Shown in pieces: positions 1 through 13,953 of a DNA stretch of 64,000 bases (the first letter of the stretch is position 1; each line of letters opens with the position of its first letter). Source of the DNA: the human T2T-CHM13v2.0 reference genome, Homo sapiens. The stretch lies in NCBI RefSeq assembly GCF_009914755.1, contig NC_060946.1. One strand, written 5' to 3'. The position numbers and the translations under genes were made by a program. The notes under the pieces were generated by a model. That model did no database searches. It was not told the origin of the DNA and saw nothing but the letters and a program-made list of their open reading frames with translations.

Positions 1-680
1 CAGGGACCCACTTGAGGATGCAGTCTGCCCATTCTCAGATCTCAAGCTGTGTGCTGGGAGAACCACTACTCTCTTCAAAGCTGTCGGACAGGGACGTTTA
101 TGTCTGCAGAGGATATTGCTGTCTTTTGTTTGTCTGTGCCCTGCCCACAGTGGTGGAGCCTACAGAGGCAGGCAGGCCTCCTTGAGCTGTGGTGGCTCCA
201 CCTAGTTCAAGCTTCCCGGCTGCTTTGTTTACCTACTCAAGCCCCTCCCCCAGTCCCACTGCCACCTTTCAGTTTGATCTCAGAGTGCTGTGCTAGCAAT
301 GAGCAAGGCTCCATGGGCATAGGACCCTCCGAGCCAGGTGCAGGATATAATCTCCTGGTGTGCTGTTTGTGAAGCTGGTTTTACAAGTTCAGTATTAGGG
401 TGGGAGTAACCCGATTTTCCAGGTGTCATCTGTCACCCCTTTCTTTGACTAGGAAAGGGAATTCCCAGACCCCTTGTGCTTCCCAGGTGAGACAATGCCT
501 CACCCTGCTTTGTCTCATGTGCGGTGCACTGTACCCACTGTCCTGCACCCACTGACCGGCACTCGCTAGTTACATTAGCCTGGTACCTTAGTTGGAAATG
601 CAGAAATCACCCATCTTCTGCATCACTCACGCTGGGAGCTGTAGACGGGAGCTGTTCCTCTTCGGCCCTCTTGGCTCCAC
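1..680 (-). mobile_element. L1PA (about PA4-PA7) 5' UTR, element continues off the left edge
   Basis: Reverse complement of the L1 5'UTR. It ends at gggagctgttcctcttcggccctcttggctcc (648-678), which matches the L1 5' terminus GGAGCCAAGATGGCCGAATAGGAACAGCTCC with the YY1 site mutated. Confidence 0.9.
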
Positions 681-699
681 TGACCAAGACTAAATATTT

Positions 700-1600
700 T
701 TTACAAACATATTCAAATGGCCAACAGGTGTGTAGAAAGATGCTAAACATTACCATTCATGAGAAAATTGCAAATCAAAGGATCCCAGTTTACAGCAGTT
801 GGAATGGCTAATATCAAAAAAAGAAACATGACAAGTGTTAACAAGGATGTGACCAAATATTTCTGTACATTCTTAATGAGTTGCAAACTGGAAGAGTCAT
901 TGTGAAAATTAGTACGCAGGTTATTTTAAAAAATAGAACTATCGTACAATCCCGAAATTCCACTTCTGTCTATAAACAAAATAAAATCAGCATCTCAAAA
1001 ATTATCTGCACCCTTGTATTCAATGCAGCATTATTCACAACTGTCAAGGGTATTTTTTTTTAAATGACTTATCTGCAGATGCTGAATGGATAAGGAAAAT
1101 GTGGTATAAATATACAACTGAATATTATTCACCCATAAAAAAGAATGAAATTCTGCTATTTCAACAACATGAATGGACCTGGGTACATTATGCTGTGCAA
1201 AATAAGCCAGACACGGAAGGACAAACACTGTATGTTCTCACTTAAATGGAGAATTTAAAAAGCCTGAACTCATAGAAGCAGAGCGTACAATGGTAATGAC
1301 CAGGCCTGGAGGTAGAAAAAATGATAAGGTGTTCAGGGTACAAACTTTCAGTTATAAGATAAATAAGTTTTGGGGGTCTAATGTATAGCTTTAAGATGTA
1401 GTTAATAACAGTGTTTCGTATGCTTAAAATTTGCTACAACAGTAGGAGACCTCAAATGCTCTCACTACAAAAAACATAACCATGTAAGGTGACATAAATA
1501 TTCATCAACTTAATTGTATTAAACATTTTACAATATATATACCTATCAAACTTTTATAATATACACAATACATAATTATGCAATTTTTATTGGTCAAAAA
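700..1600 (+). mobile_element. Old L1M (L1MA-type) ORF2 end and 3' UTR fragment
   Basis: Degenerate L1 3' motifs: caaatggccaacagg, gcagcattattcacaa, gggtacaaactttcagttataagataaataagtt, ggtgacataaatattcatcaacttaattgt. Confidence 0.8.
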
Positions 1601-1607
1601 ATTAATG

Positions 1608-1731
1608 TTATGTACACATGCATATATTCACATAAGTGTGTATATACACATATATAAAACATATACGTATATATCAATTACATACGTATATACTTGTGTG
1701 TGTGTATGTGTATATATATATACATACATAT
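1608..1731. repeat. (TA/CA/TG)n low-complexity microsatellite
   Basis: Alternating purine-pyrimidine tract seen directly. Confidence 0.8.
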
Positions 1732-2269
1732 CAATGACAATATCCTAGTAAGCTTCAAACTAAACAAGAGAAAACTATAAAATGATAACTATTTAAAAAT
1801 CAAGAAAAAAATGGGTATTTAATACATGCTCAGCAATATTCTAAGTTCCTCAATGGCAAAGTACATGTTTTAAATGTAGAAAGTAGATACATTAAACCAT
1901 ATTACAGTTTAGGAATTATGGCACAGAGTGTTTACAGTATTAGCCTCAATACATACCAAAAACTTAAAATTTTGAAGTAAAATAACATTTCGTTTTATTA
2001 TATGGGGCAGAGGCTTAGTGTTCTGATTAAATTATTGAGTATGAATTTCTGTAGAATCACATTTGAAACCTTCACAGGATATGAAATTATAAAGCAGAAA
2101 ACATACGACATCTGGATGTGGTGTTTCTGGGATTTCTAAACCAAATCCCAATATCTCCACTACTCTCACACATTTTAGACAAGACCCAAAATGGAAATTA
2201 GAAAATGTTTAACATAGAGTTCCTTAAAAATCACAGACGGCCCCATGTCCTCAAAAGCAATAAAAGAGC

Positions 2270-2352
2270 AAGAGCCAGGTCCTCCAGTCCCTTGTAAGCC
2301 ATGCAAAGGGCTTTGATTTTCTTTGTAACCTAGAAGAATGATCGTTGAAGGG
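2270..2352 (+). mobile_element. Possible L2 fragment
   Basis: ccttgtaagccatgcaaagggctttgattttct...gttgaaggg resembles a recalled L2 motif. Short and degenerate; orientation uncertain. Confidence 0.35.
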
Positions 2353-2867
2353 GAAGTCCAGTCCTAGAAAATTGAAGAGCATGGGGCAGAAGATATCTGT
2401 CTCTAATGAAAGCAAGAGAAAGAAATCAGGGCTTCTCGGAAAAGATTTCCATTGGAGCATAGCTTCGCAAACCACACTTTAAGATCTGGCTTTTTCCTTG
2501 ACCTTTGGTCATCTCATCTGTGTCATCTGCCTTATTCACTCCCACCTATTTGGATGTTTGGCTACTATCTCCTGTCTCCTCACACTCTGGGGCTTTTTCT
2601 TTTACTCAATGTAGGTGATCAGGTTTAGCTTAGAGAACAGCCAAGGACTCTGTATTAGAAAAAGTAATATGACTTACACTGTGTTTTTCCAATTACTACT
2701 TAGTACTGTGCTCAGTGGAAAAAAACAGAACATTATAAAAGAGTCTAAAAATGTAATACCAAATACTATTTCCTCACAGAAATGTTATGATATTTAAAAA
2801 CTTTTCTAAATTTGTGGGTCCTTAGCTCCATGACCCAGTGCTGCTGAATCAAAACTTCGTGGTGGTT

Positions 2868-2983
2868 GGCTGGGCCTGGGGACTCACACCGCTGATCACA
2901 GCACTTTGAGAGGCCAAGACAGGCAAATAACTTAAGCCCAGGAATTTGAGGCCAGCCTTGGAAACATCGCGAGACCTAGTCTA
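2868..2983 (+). mobile_element. Alu monomer (FLAM or AluJ left arm)
   Basis: ggctgggc...cagcactttgagaggccaag...cccaggaatttgaggccagcc...gagacct. Confidence 0.8.
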
Positions 2984-3154
2984 CAGGTTGAGGGTGGGGA
3001 GGAGGGGGAAAGGTGGTGGTAATGGGAGGTGGTAATGCGATTATAAGGTGTGGGCAACCATATTTTGTGCCTCTAGATTTGTGGAGTTACCACTAATCTA
3101 AAATTAAGGATACAGATCAGCTGAAGAAAGAAAAAGATTTATGTCAAAATGAAA

Positions 3155-4610
3155 CCTCCTCGTGGGGGTCTGCAGCTGCAATACCGCCAGGTGGCAGCAT
3201 CCCACCTCTTTCGCCTGGCTGCAGCCCCACCAGGAGCCCGGCTCCAGCCGGGGCGCTGCAGCAGGTACTAGACCTGGAAGGCGCAGACGCGGGTTTCCTG
3301 CCCTCCGGGGTGTGTTCCTGCTCCCCGGACCCCAGGCAACTCAATTCATTCATCAAGCGCCCCCGCAACCATCCAAGTTGGGGCAGCAGGTCCCACAGTT
3401 GCCATCCAAGACCTCCGCTCCAGAACCCGTGGGCTGCTTTCCCCGGGGGAAGGACATTGTCTTCGCCAGCCACGAAGAAATCTGTCCCTGTGCACCCTGT
3501 TTCCCATTGCCACCAACTTCGTGTAAACTCTAGTCCCGAGGACACGAGAGAGACCCAGACCTGGCCCCATGGACACGCTCGGTGCCACGGCTTCCACCAG
3601 ATGGACGGGTGCACTCTACAAATCTCGGGGCCCACAGCACCAAGGAGACAGGAAGAAGCAAACAAAGGAAGGACCCTATGAAACGCACCCCCAAAGCAAC
3701 CAACCAATCCAAGAAAAAAAAAAACACGTCTCAGGGCTCAGTTGGTTTTCCCGCATGGGCGGCCCTGACCCCCTGTTCTAGCCTGGCCCAAGCACCCTCC
3801 ACCTCACCTCGGCCTGCTCAAAGTGCCCTGTCTACCTGAGCAGAGCCTCCCTCTCCAAGGCTCGGTCTCTCTCGCTCTACAACTCCCTCACCCTCTCCCT
3901 TTCTCTACTTCCCCCTCCAACCCTCGCTCTTCTGTCACCTTCTGTCTCTCTCCCCCTCCACTTTTCTCTCTCTCCCCCCATTTGTATCTCTCCATCCCGG
4001 TCTCCCTAGCTCTCTTTCAAGCTGTGTCTGTGTCTTGGTCTGTATGTCCTTGTATGTGTGTCCGTGTGTGTGTTTCCGTGTGTGTGTCTTTGTGTGTCCG
4101 TGTGTGTGTCTGTGTGTGTGTCCATGTGTGCTGTGTGCATGCACCCGTGTGTATCTGTGTGTGTGTCGTGGTGGGTTTGCTCGTGGTAGTGGTGGGGTGT
4201 GTCTGCGTGTCCGTCAGCTCCTGTTTCCCGGGATCAGGCTGCCGAGGCTCTAGTGCCGGCGCGGGGCAAAGCAGGGACTTCCTGTCCCGTTGGCCACGGG
4301 CGGGTCCTCGTTGGGACAAGCGACGATGGTGTGGGTATTGTGAGAAAAAGGGCCTGCGGGGCTGGGCCGGCTGTTTGCCCCTGGGCAGCCCTGACTGCTC
4401 TGGGTGTGTGGGCCAAGAGGGGGCCTTGCAGGAGGGGTGGCGAAGGATCCAAAACAATTTTTCCGTGGCAAGGCGGAGGACCAGAGGGGATCCCAGGACT
4501 GTGGGCCCCGGGCCCTGACTCCTCCAAGCACACCCTGTCTTGAGCCGGCCCGATGTGTTGGAAAATCGGGAGCTCGCGAGCCGGGGGGAAGGCCTGGAGT
4601 GTCAGCAAAA
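3155..4610 (+). repeat. GC-rich segment resembling the 5S rDNA repeat spacer (CT and GT tracts plus upstream flank), no 5S gene
   Basis: 4446-4595 (ggatccaaaac...ggcggaggac...tcccaggac.gtgggccc...gcccgatgtg..ggaa...cgggagc...gagccggggg.aaggcc) resembles the recalled BamHI-to-gene upstream flank of the human 2.2-kb 5S unit. It is preceded by CT-rich (3865-4015) and GT-rich (4020-4210) tracts. SST1/MER22 is an alternative assignment. Confidence 0.6.
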
Positions 4611-6089
4611 GGGAGGCTGCCTGGTGGGCCTATAGCCTGGGCAAGGGACTGAGGCATCACGGCCTGATGACGGATTCCTGTTTCCTGCAACATGGGGAGT
4701 CTCGAAAATGGCCTGTTTGGAAACGAAAGGAGAGCGAAGACACGATGCTGCTTTTCCACCCTTCGCTGGAGGTTTCTGTGTCCCCACAGAGCTCGGGAAA
4801 CAAACAGTCAACATGGTCACGCTTTCGGGGGCCAGAGACACGTGAGCAGCAGGCCCACTTGCAGAGGGCAAAGGAACGTGGAATCCGGAATCATGGTTCA
4901 CTCGGCTTGAGTGTGACTCCTGTGTGGATGGGAGTATCTGCCTCGCGCTCTGTTGCAGGCTCAGCGTGGGGATATGTCATCTGTGAACCATGTGGATGAA
5001 AAACGGACAACCATTCGAGTCTCGTCTCTGATCTTTGGGGAATTCGCTCATTCCTTGGGAGGTGGAATTCCTCTGAATCGCTCCCGAATGAAGTAACCCA
5101 GGCTGGTGAACCAGAGGGCCGGTGAGCACACCGCCGGCCGAGGCGGCTGTGGGCTGAGCACTCAGCCTGCACTGGGCACCCAACATTTTCCCGGAGTTCG
5201 AGGTCCTGCTGGGCCTGGAGGCAGAAGACCTCTTTTCTCTTTGCCTTCCCTTCTCTGTTTCTTGCTCCTTTTCTCCCTCTGTCCATCCTTCCCTCTGTTC
5301 TTCCTTCTCTCCCTCTCTCCCTCCCTGTCTCCCTCCCTCCCTCTGTTCTCTCCTTCCCTCTCTCCCACCATCCATACCTCCCTTTCTCCCTCCTTCCCTC
5401 CCTCCCTTCCTTTTTCTTTCCCTCCCTCCCTCCCTCCATCCCTTCCAAGGTCCGTCCTTTCATCCGTCCTTTCCTCCCTCTGTCCCTCTCTCTCACTTTG
5501 TCTCCGTTCCTTTCCCCATCTCTGCCTGGCTTCCCTCCCGCCTAGAAAGGGCAGAACCACGGTTTGCGCGAGATCTCGGGGTCTACATTTAGTTGCCGGG
5601 AGCTCCACGTGATGCCAAGGAGGATGGCGGGGCACGGGTGGGCGAGGGAGGGTGGAGCGGGGAGGTAGTGGAGTTGAGCTGCGAAAAGGAGAGCAGGCCT
5701 GGCCGCTGCCCAGATCGGTATTTCCCGGGGTGGAGGTCTCCACCTACACCACTGAAGAACGCGGGGGAGGGGGGGATGTACTGTGTGGGGGAGTGGGGGA
5801 AGGGATGAGAGCCCTGCCTGGGCTGGTCCCAAACCCTAGCCGACTGCCCGCGGACCTGCACATGCGCAGTAGACGGCCCATCTCTGAGTACCTGGGCTGG
5901 CTCTGAAATCCTTGGGATGCTCAGGAAAGAATGACAGCCCTCCTTTCTGTGGAGTCTCTCGCTGGACTTGGACTCAGGGATCCTAGACAGGTCAGCTGGA
6001 AGGGAAGACACAGGTCTCCATACTGAGCCAGAGGTTCACCGCGAAAGAGGAGCCACTGACCTGCCCCCACCCGGTCCCAACCCCGCGTC

Positions 6090-7072
<983 letters not shown>

Positions 7073-7194
7073 CGCGAGGGCACCTGGCTGGAATTTCACG
7101 GACAGACACAGACAGATAGAGGCCGGCGGCTCCCGTGGGCCTCAGTTGGCCTCTGTGCTGCACGCAGGTCCAGGCAGGAGTCCGACCCTGCCAG

Positions 7195-7240
7195 TGGCCC
7201 TTATAAAGACCCACCAGCTTCACCCCTTCATGAATATGCA
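7195..7240 (-). promoter_or_regulatory. DUX-type promoter remnant with TATAA box
   Basis: Minus strand reads ttcatgaaggggtgaagc...ctttataagggc. TATAA (7201-7205) lies ~130 bp upstream of the ATG, where 4q35 DUX4 has TACAA. Confidence 0.6.
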
Positions 7241-7580
7241 TGAACACCCAAGGGCCCTGGGTAACCCGCCCTCCGAAGGGCCCAGAAACCACAGACACAG
7301 GGCCTTGTGTGGTAGGTGAAGGTGGGGCCAGATCGGATGGGAAAGGGGGGCTTCTGGGACTGGCTTTCTGAGTTCTCCAGAATTCTACAGAAACTGGAAG
7401 TTTCTCTCTGGGTTCACACACGATTTCAGGGAGAAACCACCCTGGAAGGGTAGAGTGTGGAACTGAACCTCCATGATAGTCTTGAGTTTTCCAGTCCCTC
7501 TCCCTGAAGCCGGCAATGCCTGTGGGTGTCTCCATTGCCGTGATAGTCACACACGCAGGTGTGTGGATCTCATTGATTTT

Positions 7581-10150
7581 TTTATTTTCATTTTTTATTT
7601 CTACCTCTTAAAGTCAATGATAAAGTCATGAGTGTAAAATGAATGCATTTAAAAACATAAAAGATACGTTTCAATGACAAGAAATCTGCAATGATCATGA
7701 AAATCTACTGTACACTTTGCCAAGGTCAAAGAATGAAAGACAATATGGAAAAGTCAATCTTCAAATATATCCTTAACAAAAACTCTCTCCTACATAGTAA
7801 AAGCATCATCTAAACAGCAGCTCCAACCGAGAAAAAAAAAAACAAAAAAACAAAAAACAAAAAACAAAAACAGCAGGGTAGATGGGACAGATAACTTTCC
7901 CCAGGTTTTCCAGATAAAAACATGTGGTCACCAGGAATTCAAGGTAACTTAAAAAGCCACGTTTAATTCAAAATAAAATGAACACTTCTGACAGATGACA
8001 GCAGTATGATACTGACTTTTTTCTTTCCTAGATACAAATGATATGGGGCATTTCTTAACAGTTTAGTAATCGTCTAAGAATAACTGTAGAAATAACCCCA
8101 ATTCCACCATCCCAGCCACTGGTATAAAACAAATAACCTTCCATTGACACTGTCTTTCACATAACTACAATATCCTCACTTACTTGGAACAATTTCATGC
8201 TTACACATGATCACAAACACTTGTTTTTAGATGTTGTGGAATTATTGGAGCTGAGATTTTTTAAACAATATCTGAATCTTAGCAGAGAGCAAATAATCCT
8301 TTCACTATACATTGATTGGGCTTCCTTAACCAAATCTGAGCAACTGCTATAATAATAATGCTGGTGGTAATCCATGATACTCTCAAATTTTTCCCTTTAA
8401 GAAATATATAATCCATGTAACTCTAGCAAATATGTTACACTGCACACTTTCTTAACAAGGAATGGCTGTTTTCAGGCCTTATTAGGAAAACAAAGAAACA
8501 AACAATGGCAGTTACTATCTGTTTTTTATCACTGATAAGTTACAATAAAGCTCAAATATGACAGTTTAATTGTGTGATATTAAGTAAAAAATGAAAACCA
8601 TTATAGTTTTACCAAAAGAAACATAAAAAGTATGGGAAGAAGTCAAATGAGCATGGCATAAGTCCCAAAGATTACACTAGGATTCTGAACAGGATTTTCC
8701 AAACAAAGGGTATCTACATACAATTTCTGTGAATATTTCTTGTAGTAGAAAGTTCCAAAGCAAATGTAGGCTCAGCCCTACCTTGTCAAAGATAAATATT
8801 CAGATAAATTAGAAGTTCCATCTGCTAAAGTGCATCCGCTGACCAGGTCTACCATGGCGCTGCTACTTACAGCCCTCTAAGAAAGTGGCCTCACTCATGC
8901 TCATTCACTCGTTCTGTGGCCTATCAAGTGTCACACATAACAATGGTTTTGCTTTTTTAAAAAAAACAAATACTTTATACAGTGAACTACAGAAAAAACA
9001 ATTCTAAATATACTTTTAAAATTCTAGAGAGTTAAGGTAACCTCATTGTTTAAAATACTGAAAATGTAAAGTGTCCATATAAAGAGTTGTATTAAGTACA
9101 TACTTCCTATTTTAATAATTCACTTGCTGTGCTCTTAAAATCTCTCTGAGAGAAGCAGATATTTTACTCGTGTATTTGGCAAGAGATTCAAAAGCAAAAG
9201 TAGCAGGGCTGTAAAATTCCATAAAATTTGTGGGATTTTTAAAAGCTAAATTATTCAATATTTTGTATTGTTATTGCACTCATATATTGCCCAGAATATA
9301 TATACAGCAACCCAGCAACAGTGATTGCAACAAAAGTAAGGTAAATAGGTCTACAAAGCATTTGATTTCCTTATTAGATAAGTGAAGTTTTCATAGAGGA
9401 AGTGCAAATTCAGATCAGGTTACATAAGCTTAACAATTATTCAAACCTTATATAAAATTAAATCTAACCCTCCCCACTACAAATCTGTAAGGAATCACTG
9501 TCAGGAATCTACAGGACTTGGCTCGTATTTACATTTGATGCACACTTAGAAATTTCATAAATGATGAGATGCAGGCCAAGGGGATTCCTCAAAGGGCTCC
9601 ACCCAAAAGGAAAAGAAAGAGAGTTAAACAGAGAATTACCACTTACGTATTTGTGGGTAATCAGCTTATTCCTCAGCCTCTAGACAGTGAGGAGGATGAA
9701 AAAATGGAAGAAAATAATAAAGAAGAGGAAGAAAAAGATCACAGTGAAGCGATGAAGCCAGAGAAGCCACCTCAAAATTTACTGAGAGAAAAAAATCATG
9801 AAGCTGCCCTTCCCTGAATCTTTAAAAGCTTACTTGACATATTTTAGAGACAAATAACTTAGATCAAGAAGAAAGAATGCCTACTGATAATTCCTTTAGT
9901 CTTGAAAATGTAGCATTTATTAGGAATTAAAAGAATTATTTATTTCATCAGAGCAAATTATAGTGGAAAAAATATCACTTGTTACTGTCAGTAACATAAA
10001 CGATGTATTGAGTGAATAAAAGAATCCCTTTTATAAAATCTATTTTTCTTTAAATCTTGGAAAATTGTTGTTTCACCTCAGAGTGATTTCAAAGTGGAAT
10101 GTGACAGTTGTCAAGACTTGTGTGCTATAAATCCTTTTCTGATTCCTTAC
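7581..10150 (-). pseudogene. PCMTD1: PCMTD1 processed pseudogene (5'-truncated, 5'-inverted)
   Basis: A-rich tail seen as a T tract at 7577-7600. Distal 3'UTR on the minus strand 7581-9497; inverted CDS/3'UTR piece on the plus strand 9498-10150. TSD ggatctcatt(g/c)atttt at 7565-7580 and 10151-10166. Confidence 0.88.
9500..9857 (+). pseudogene. PCMTD1: PCMTD1 C-terminal coding remnant within the inverted part
   Basis: VRNLQDLARIYI*CTLRNFINDEMQAKGIPQRAPPKRKRKRVKQRITTYVFVGNQLIPQPLDSEEDEK...LLREK [+1 in A7 run 9789-9795] IMKLPLPESLKAYLTYFRDK*. Nonsense TGA at 9536. Confidence 0.92.
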
Positions 10151-12325
10151 GGATCTCATTCATTTTCATGTAGAAAACGAGAGCGAAACTACAGAGAAAA
10201 GAAAGGCCCGGTGCATTACGGCCTGAAGAGGGATTCCTGTTTCCTGCAACATGGGGAGTCTCCACTATGGCCTGTTTCCAAACAGGGAACTGGAAAGGAG
10301 AGCGAAGACACGATGCTGCTTTTCCGCGGTTCTCTGGAGGTTTCTGTGTCCCCAGAGAGCTCGGGAAACAAATAGTCAACATGGTCACGCTTTCGGGGGC
10401 CAGAGATGCATGAGTAACAGGTCCCCTTGCAGAAGGCAAAGGAACGTGGAACCCGAAACCACGCTTCAGTCAGCCTGAGTGTGACTCCTGTGTGGACGAG
10501 ACTATCCACCTAGCGCTCCGTTGCAGGCTCAACGTGGGGCTATCTCATCTGTGAACCATGTGGATGAAAAATGGACAATCACCCGAGTCTCGGCTCATTG
10601 CTCTCTGGGCAATTCCCTCATTCCTTGGGAGACGAAATTCGGCTGAATCGCTCTCGGATGAAGTAACCCAGGCTGGCGATCCAGAGGGCCGGTGAGAGCC
10701 CCGCAGGCCGAAGCGGCTGTGGGCCGAGCACTTAGCCTGCACTGGGCACCCAGCATTTTCCCGGAGTGCAAGATCCTGGTGGTCCTGGAGGCAGAAGACT
10801 GCTTTTCTCTCTGCCTTCCTCTCTCTGTTTCTTGCTCCCTCCCTCCCTCTTTCCCCCTGTCCCTCCCGCAGTTCCTCCCCCCCTCCTTCGCTCCCTCCCT
10901 CCCTCCTTCCCTCTCTCCTTCCTTCTATCCCTCCATCCTTTCCAAGGTCCCTCGGTCCATCCGTTCTTTCCTCCCTCCATCGTTCCCTCCCTCTCTGTCT
11001 CCGTTCCTCTCCCCATCTCTGCCTGAGTTCCCTCCCGCGTAGAAAGGGCAGCACCCCGGTTTGCCCGGGGTCTCGGGTCTGCATTTAGCTGTCAGGCGCT
11101 CCACGGTGATGCCGAGGAAGCTGGCGGGGCAAGGGTAGGCCAGTGACGGTGTGGCGGGGAGGCAGAGTTGGCGAGACGCGGAAAGAAGAGCAGTCCTGGC
11201 GCCTGCCCGGGCCAGTGTTTCCCGGGATGGAGTTCTCCGCCCTCCCCACTGAAGAACGCGGTGGGGGGCAAGAGGGAAGTGATGAGAGCTCCACCTAGGC
11301 TAGTTAGAAATCCTAGGCTACTGCCTGCTAATCCGCGCATGAGCAGTAGACAGTCTGCCTCCCGGTACCTGGAGGGGCCCTGGGATCCCCGGGATGCTCA
11401 GAAAAGAATGACAGCCCTCCTCTGAGTGGAGTCTCTCACGCGACCTGGCACTCAGGGATCCTAGGCAGGTCAGCTGGAAGGGAAGACACGCCTCTCCATA
11501 CCGAGTCAGAGGTTCACCGCGAAAGAGAGGCCGCCGCCCTGCCCCTACCCCGCCCCAACCCCGCGTCCTAAAGCTCCTCCAGCACAGCCCGCTGTTCTTC
11601 CTGGCTGAGGAGTGCTTCCAGCGGAGCGGGCTCTTCCACGTCCTTCAGCTCCCCCAGTGGCGCCGGATCTAGGAAAGGTTGTGCCTTTTGCTGGAACTCT
11701 GGGGTTTACAGGAGCTCATCTAACTGGCTGGGGGGTGAGTGTAGACGAGCGCCCCGGCTCCTGGAGCGGTTGGGAGGTGCCTGGATGGCTTGCATATGTG
11801 CTTGACGCGGAGGTCTCTGGGGTCGCCAGCTTCGAAAGTGGAGGTGCCCCGTCTTCGGTTTCCCACGCCGCCATGGCGACCTGGGGCTCCAGCCCCACCG
11901 CGGACTCTGGTGGGACGTGGGTGGCGCAAACGTACTTTGCCCCTGTGACTCAGCTTGAGGGTACCCAAGCTGTCCCACTGAGCATGCACCCAGCAGGCCG
12001 CCGTGCTGCGGGTCCTGGTCCTCCTGGCATTTTTGGGGGTGCGGAGGCCACCGAGGAGTCTGAGGGTGGGACAGTCCTACTTCTAGAGGAGCCAGGGCAG
12101 CAAACACAAAATCCCAGCGTGCCGGGGCAGGTTGAGAGATTCCTTCTGCCTGCGCAGCCTGGCTAGGCTGGAGCGGTGGGACGGCCCTTGCTCCCTGGCT
12201 CACGAAAGCCCCCTGTGGGAGAGCCCCAGGCGTGCAGGGCCTGTGGGGTGCGGCAAGCCCAGTTCCCCATGCCCTGGTGTGGGTGAACTCGATTGAGGAG
12301 GGAGGAGGATGACACCCGCCGGGGG
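10151..12325 (-). repeat. D4Z4-like unit 2 (partial)
   Basis: Paralogous to 4650-6800. Intact KpnI site ggtacc at 11364-11369; CT-rich tract 10800-11040. Confidence 0.9.
11568..12325 (-). pseudogene. DUX4L: DUX4-like pseudogene, unit 2 (homeoboxes missing)
   Basis: [71 protein letters not shown]...LDELL* has a premature stop at 11706. The original stop is at 11568-11570 after ...[12 protein letters not shown]. Confidence 0.9.
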
Positions 12326-12700
12326 TGTTAATTAGTAACCAGAGTGGTCTCAAAGAGCTCAAATGAAAGGAAGAATTTCACGTCTCTCACTTGAAGTCCA
12401 GAGCTAGAAATGATTAAGCTTAGTGAAGATGTAAAATTTTCATCGCTAGAGAGATGTCCACACTTGGCTTCAAAACTTCAAAGGATGGGCTGACTCTCTT
12501 TGAGGACCACTGCAGTTGGTGACTTTAAGTTACAGCCAGTGCTCACTGACCACTCTGAAAATCTCAGAGCCCTTAAGAATTATGCAAAATCTATTCATTC
12601 TGTGCTCTAGAAATGGAACATTACAGTCCAAGTGACAACACATCTGTTAACAGCATGGTTTACTGAATATTTTAATCCCACTATTGAGACCTACTGCTCA

Positions 12701-13071
<371 letters not shown>

Positions 13072-13953
13072 AAAATATTGCTGCTTATTGACAATTCACC
13101 TAGCTACCCAAAAGCTTAGATGGAGATGTACTTGGAAATTAATATTATTTTCATGGCTGCTAATACAATATCTATCCTTCAGCCTGTGGATCAAGCAGTG
13201 GTTTTGACTTTCAAGTGTTTTTATTAAATAATAAATGCATTTTGTAAAGGTATATCTGTCATAGATAGTAATTTCTTTGATGAATCTGGATAAACTGAAT
13301 TGAAAACCTTTTGGAAAGGTTTCACCATTAATCCTTTCATGATATTTCAACCTCTTCGTGTGAATCATAAATGTCCTTAATAGCAAATGCCATTAAGGAC
13401 ATTTGTGATTGATGGGAGGAGGTTGAAATATCAACATTAACAGGAGTTTGGAAGAAGTTGATTCCAGCCCTCATGGAAGACTTTGAAGGCTCAGGATGTC
13501 AGTGGAGGAAGTCCCTACAGATGTGGTAGAAATAGCAAGACAACCAGAATTAGAATTAGGGCCTTTAGATGAGATTAAATTGCTGTAAACTCATTATGAG
13601 ACTTGAGCATCTGGGGAGTTGCTTCTTATGGATGAGCAAAGAAAATATTTTCTTGAGATGGAATCTACTCCAGGTGGAGACGCTACGAACATTGTTGAAA
13701 TAACAACAAAGGATTTAGAATATTCCATAAACCTAGTTGATAAAGCAGCAGCAGGGTTTGAGAGGGTTTACTCCAATTTTTAAAGAAGTTCTACTGTGGG
13801 TAAAATGCTATCAAACAGCATCACATGCTACAGGGAAATCTTTTGTGAAAGGAACAAAATTCATTGTTTTAAGAAATTTACAAAAGCACCCAACCTTCAG
13901 CAGCCCCCACACTGACCAGTCAGCAGCCATCAACATAGAGGCAAGACCCTCAC

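Noticed and set aside
4611-4625. gggaggctgcctgg as a 5S rRNA gene remnant
   Set aside because: Only ~11/14 similarity to GGGAGACCGCCTGG; the rest of the 5S gene is absent.
3144-5906. Many overlapping 100-230 aa ORFs
   Set aside because: GC-rich and simple-repeat sequence open in several frames on both strands, with no recognisable protein.
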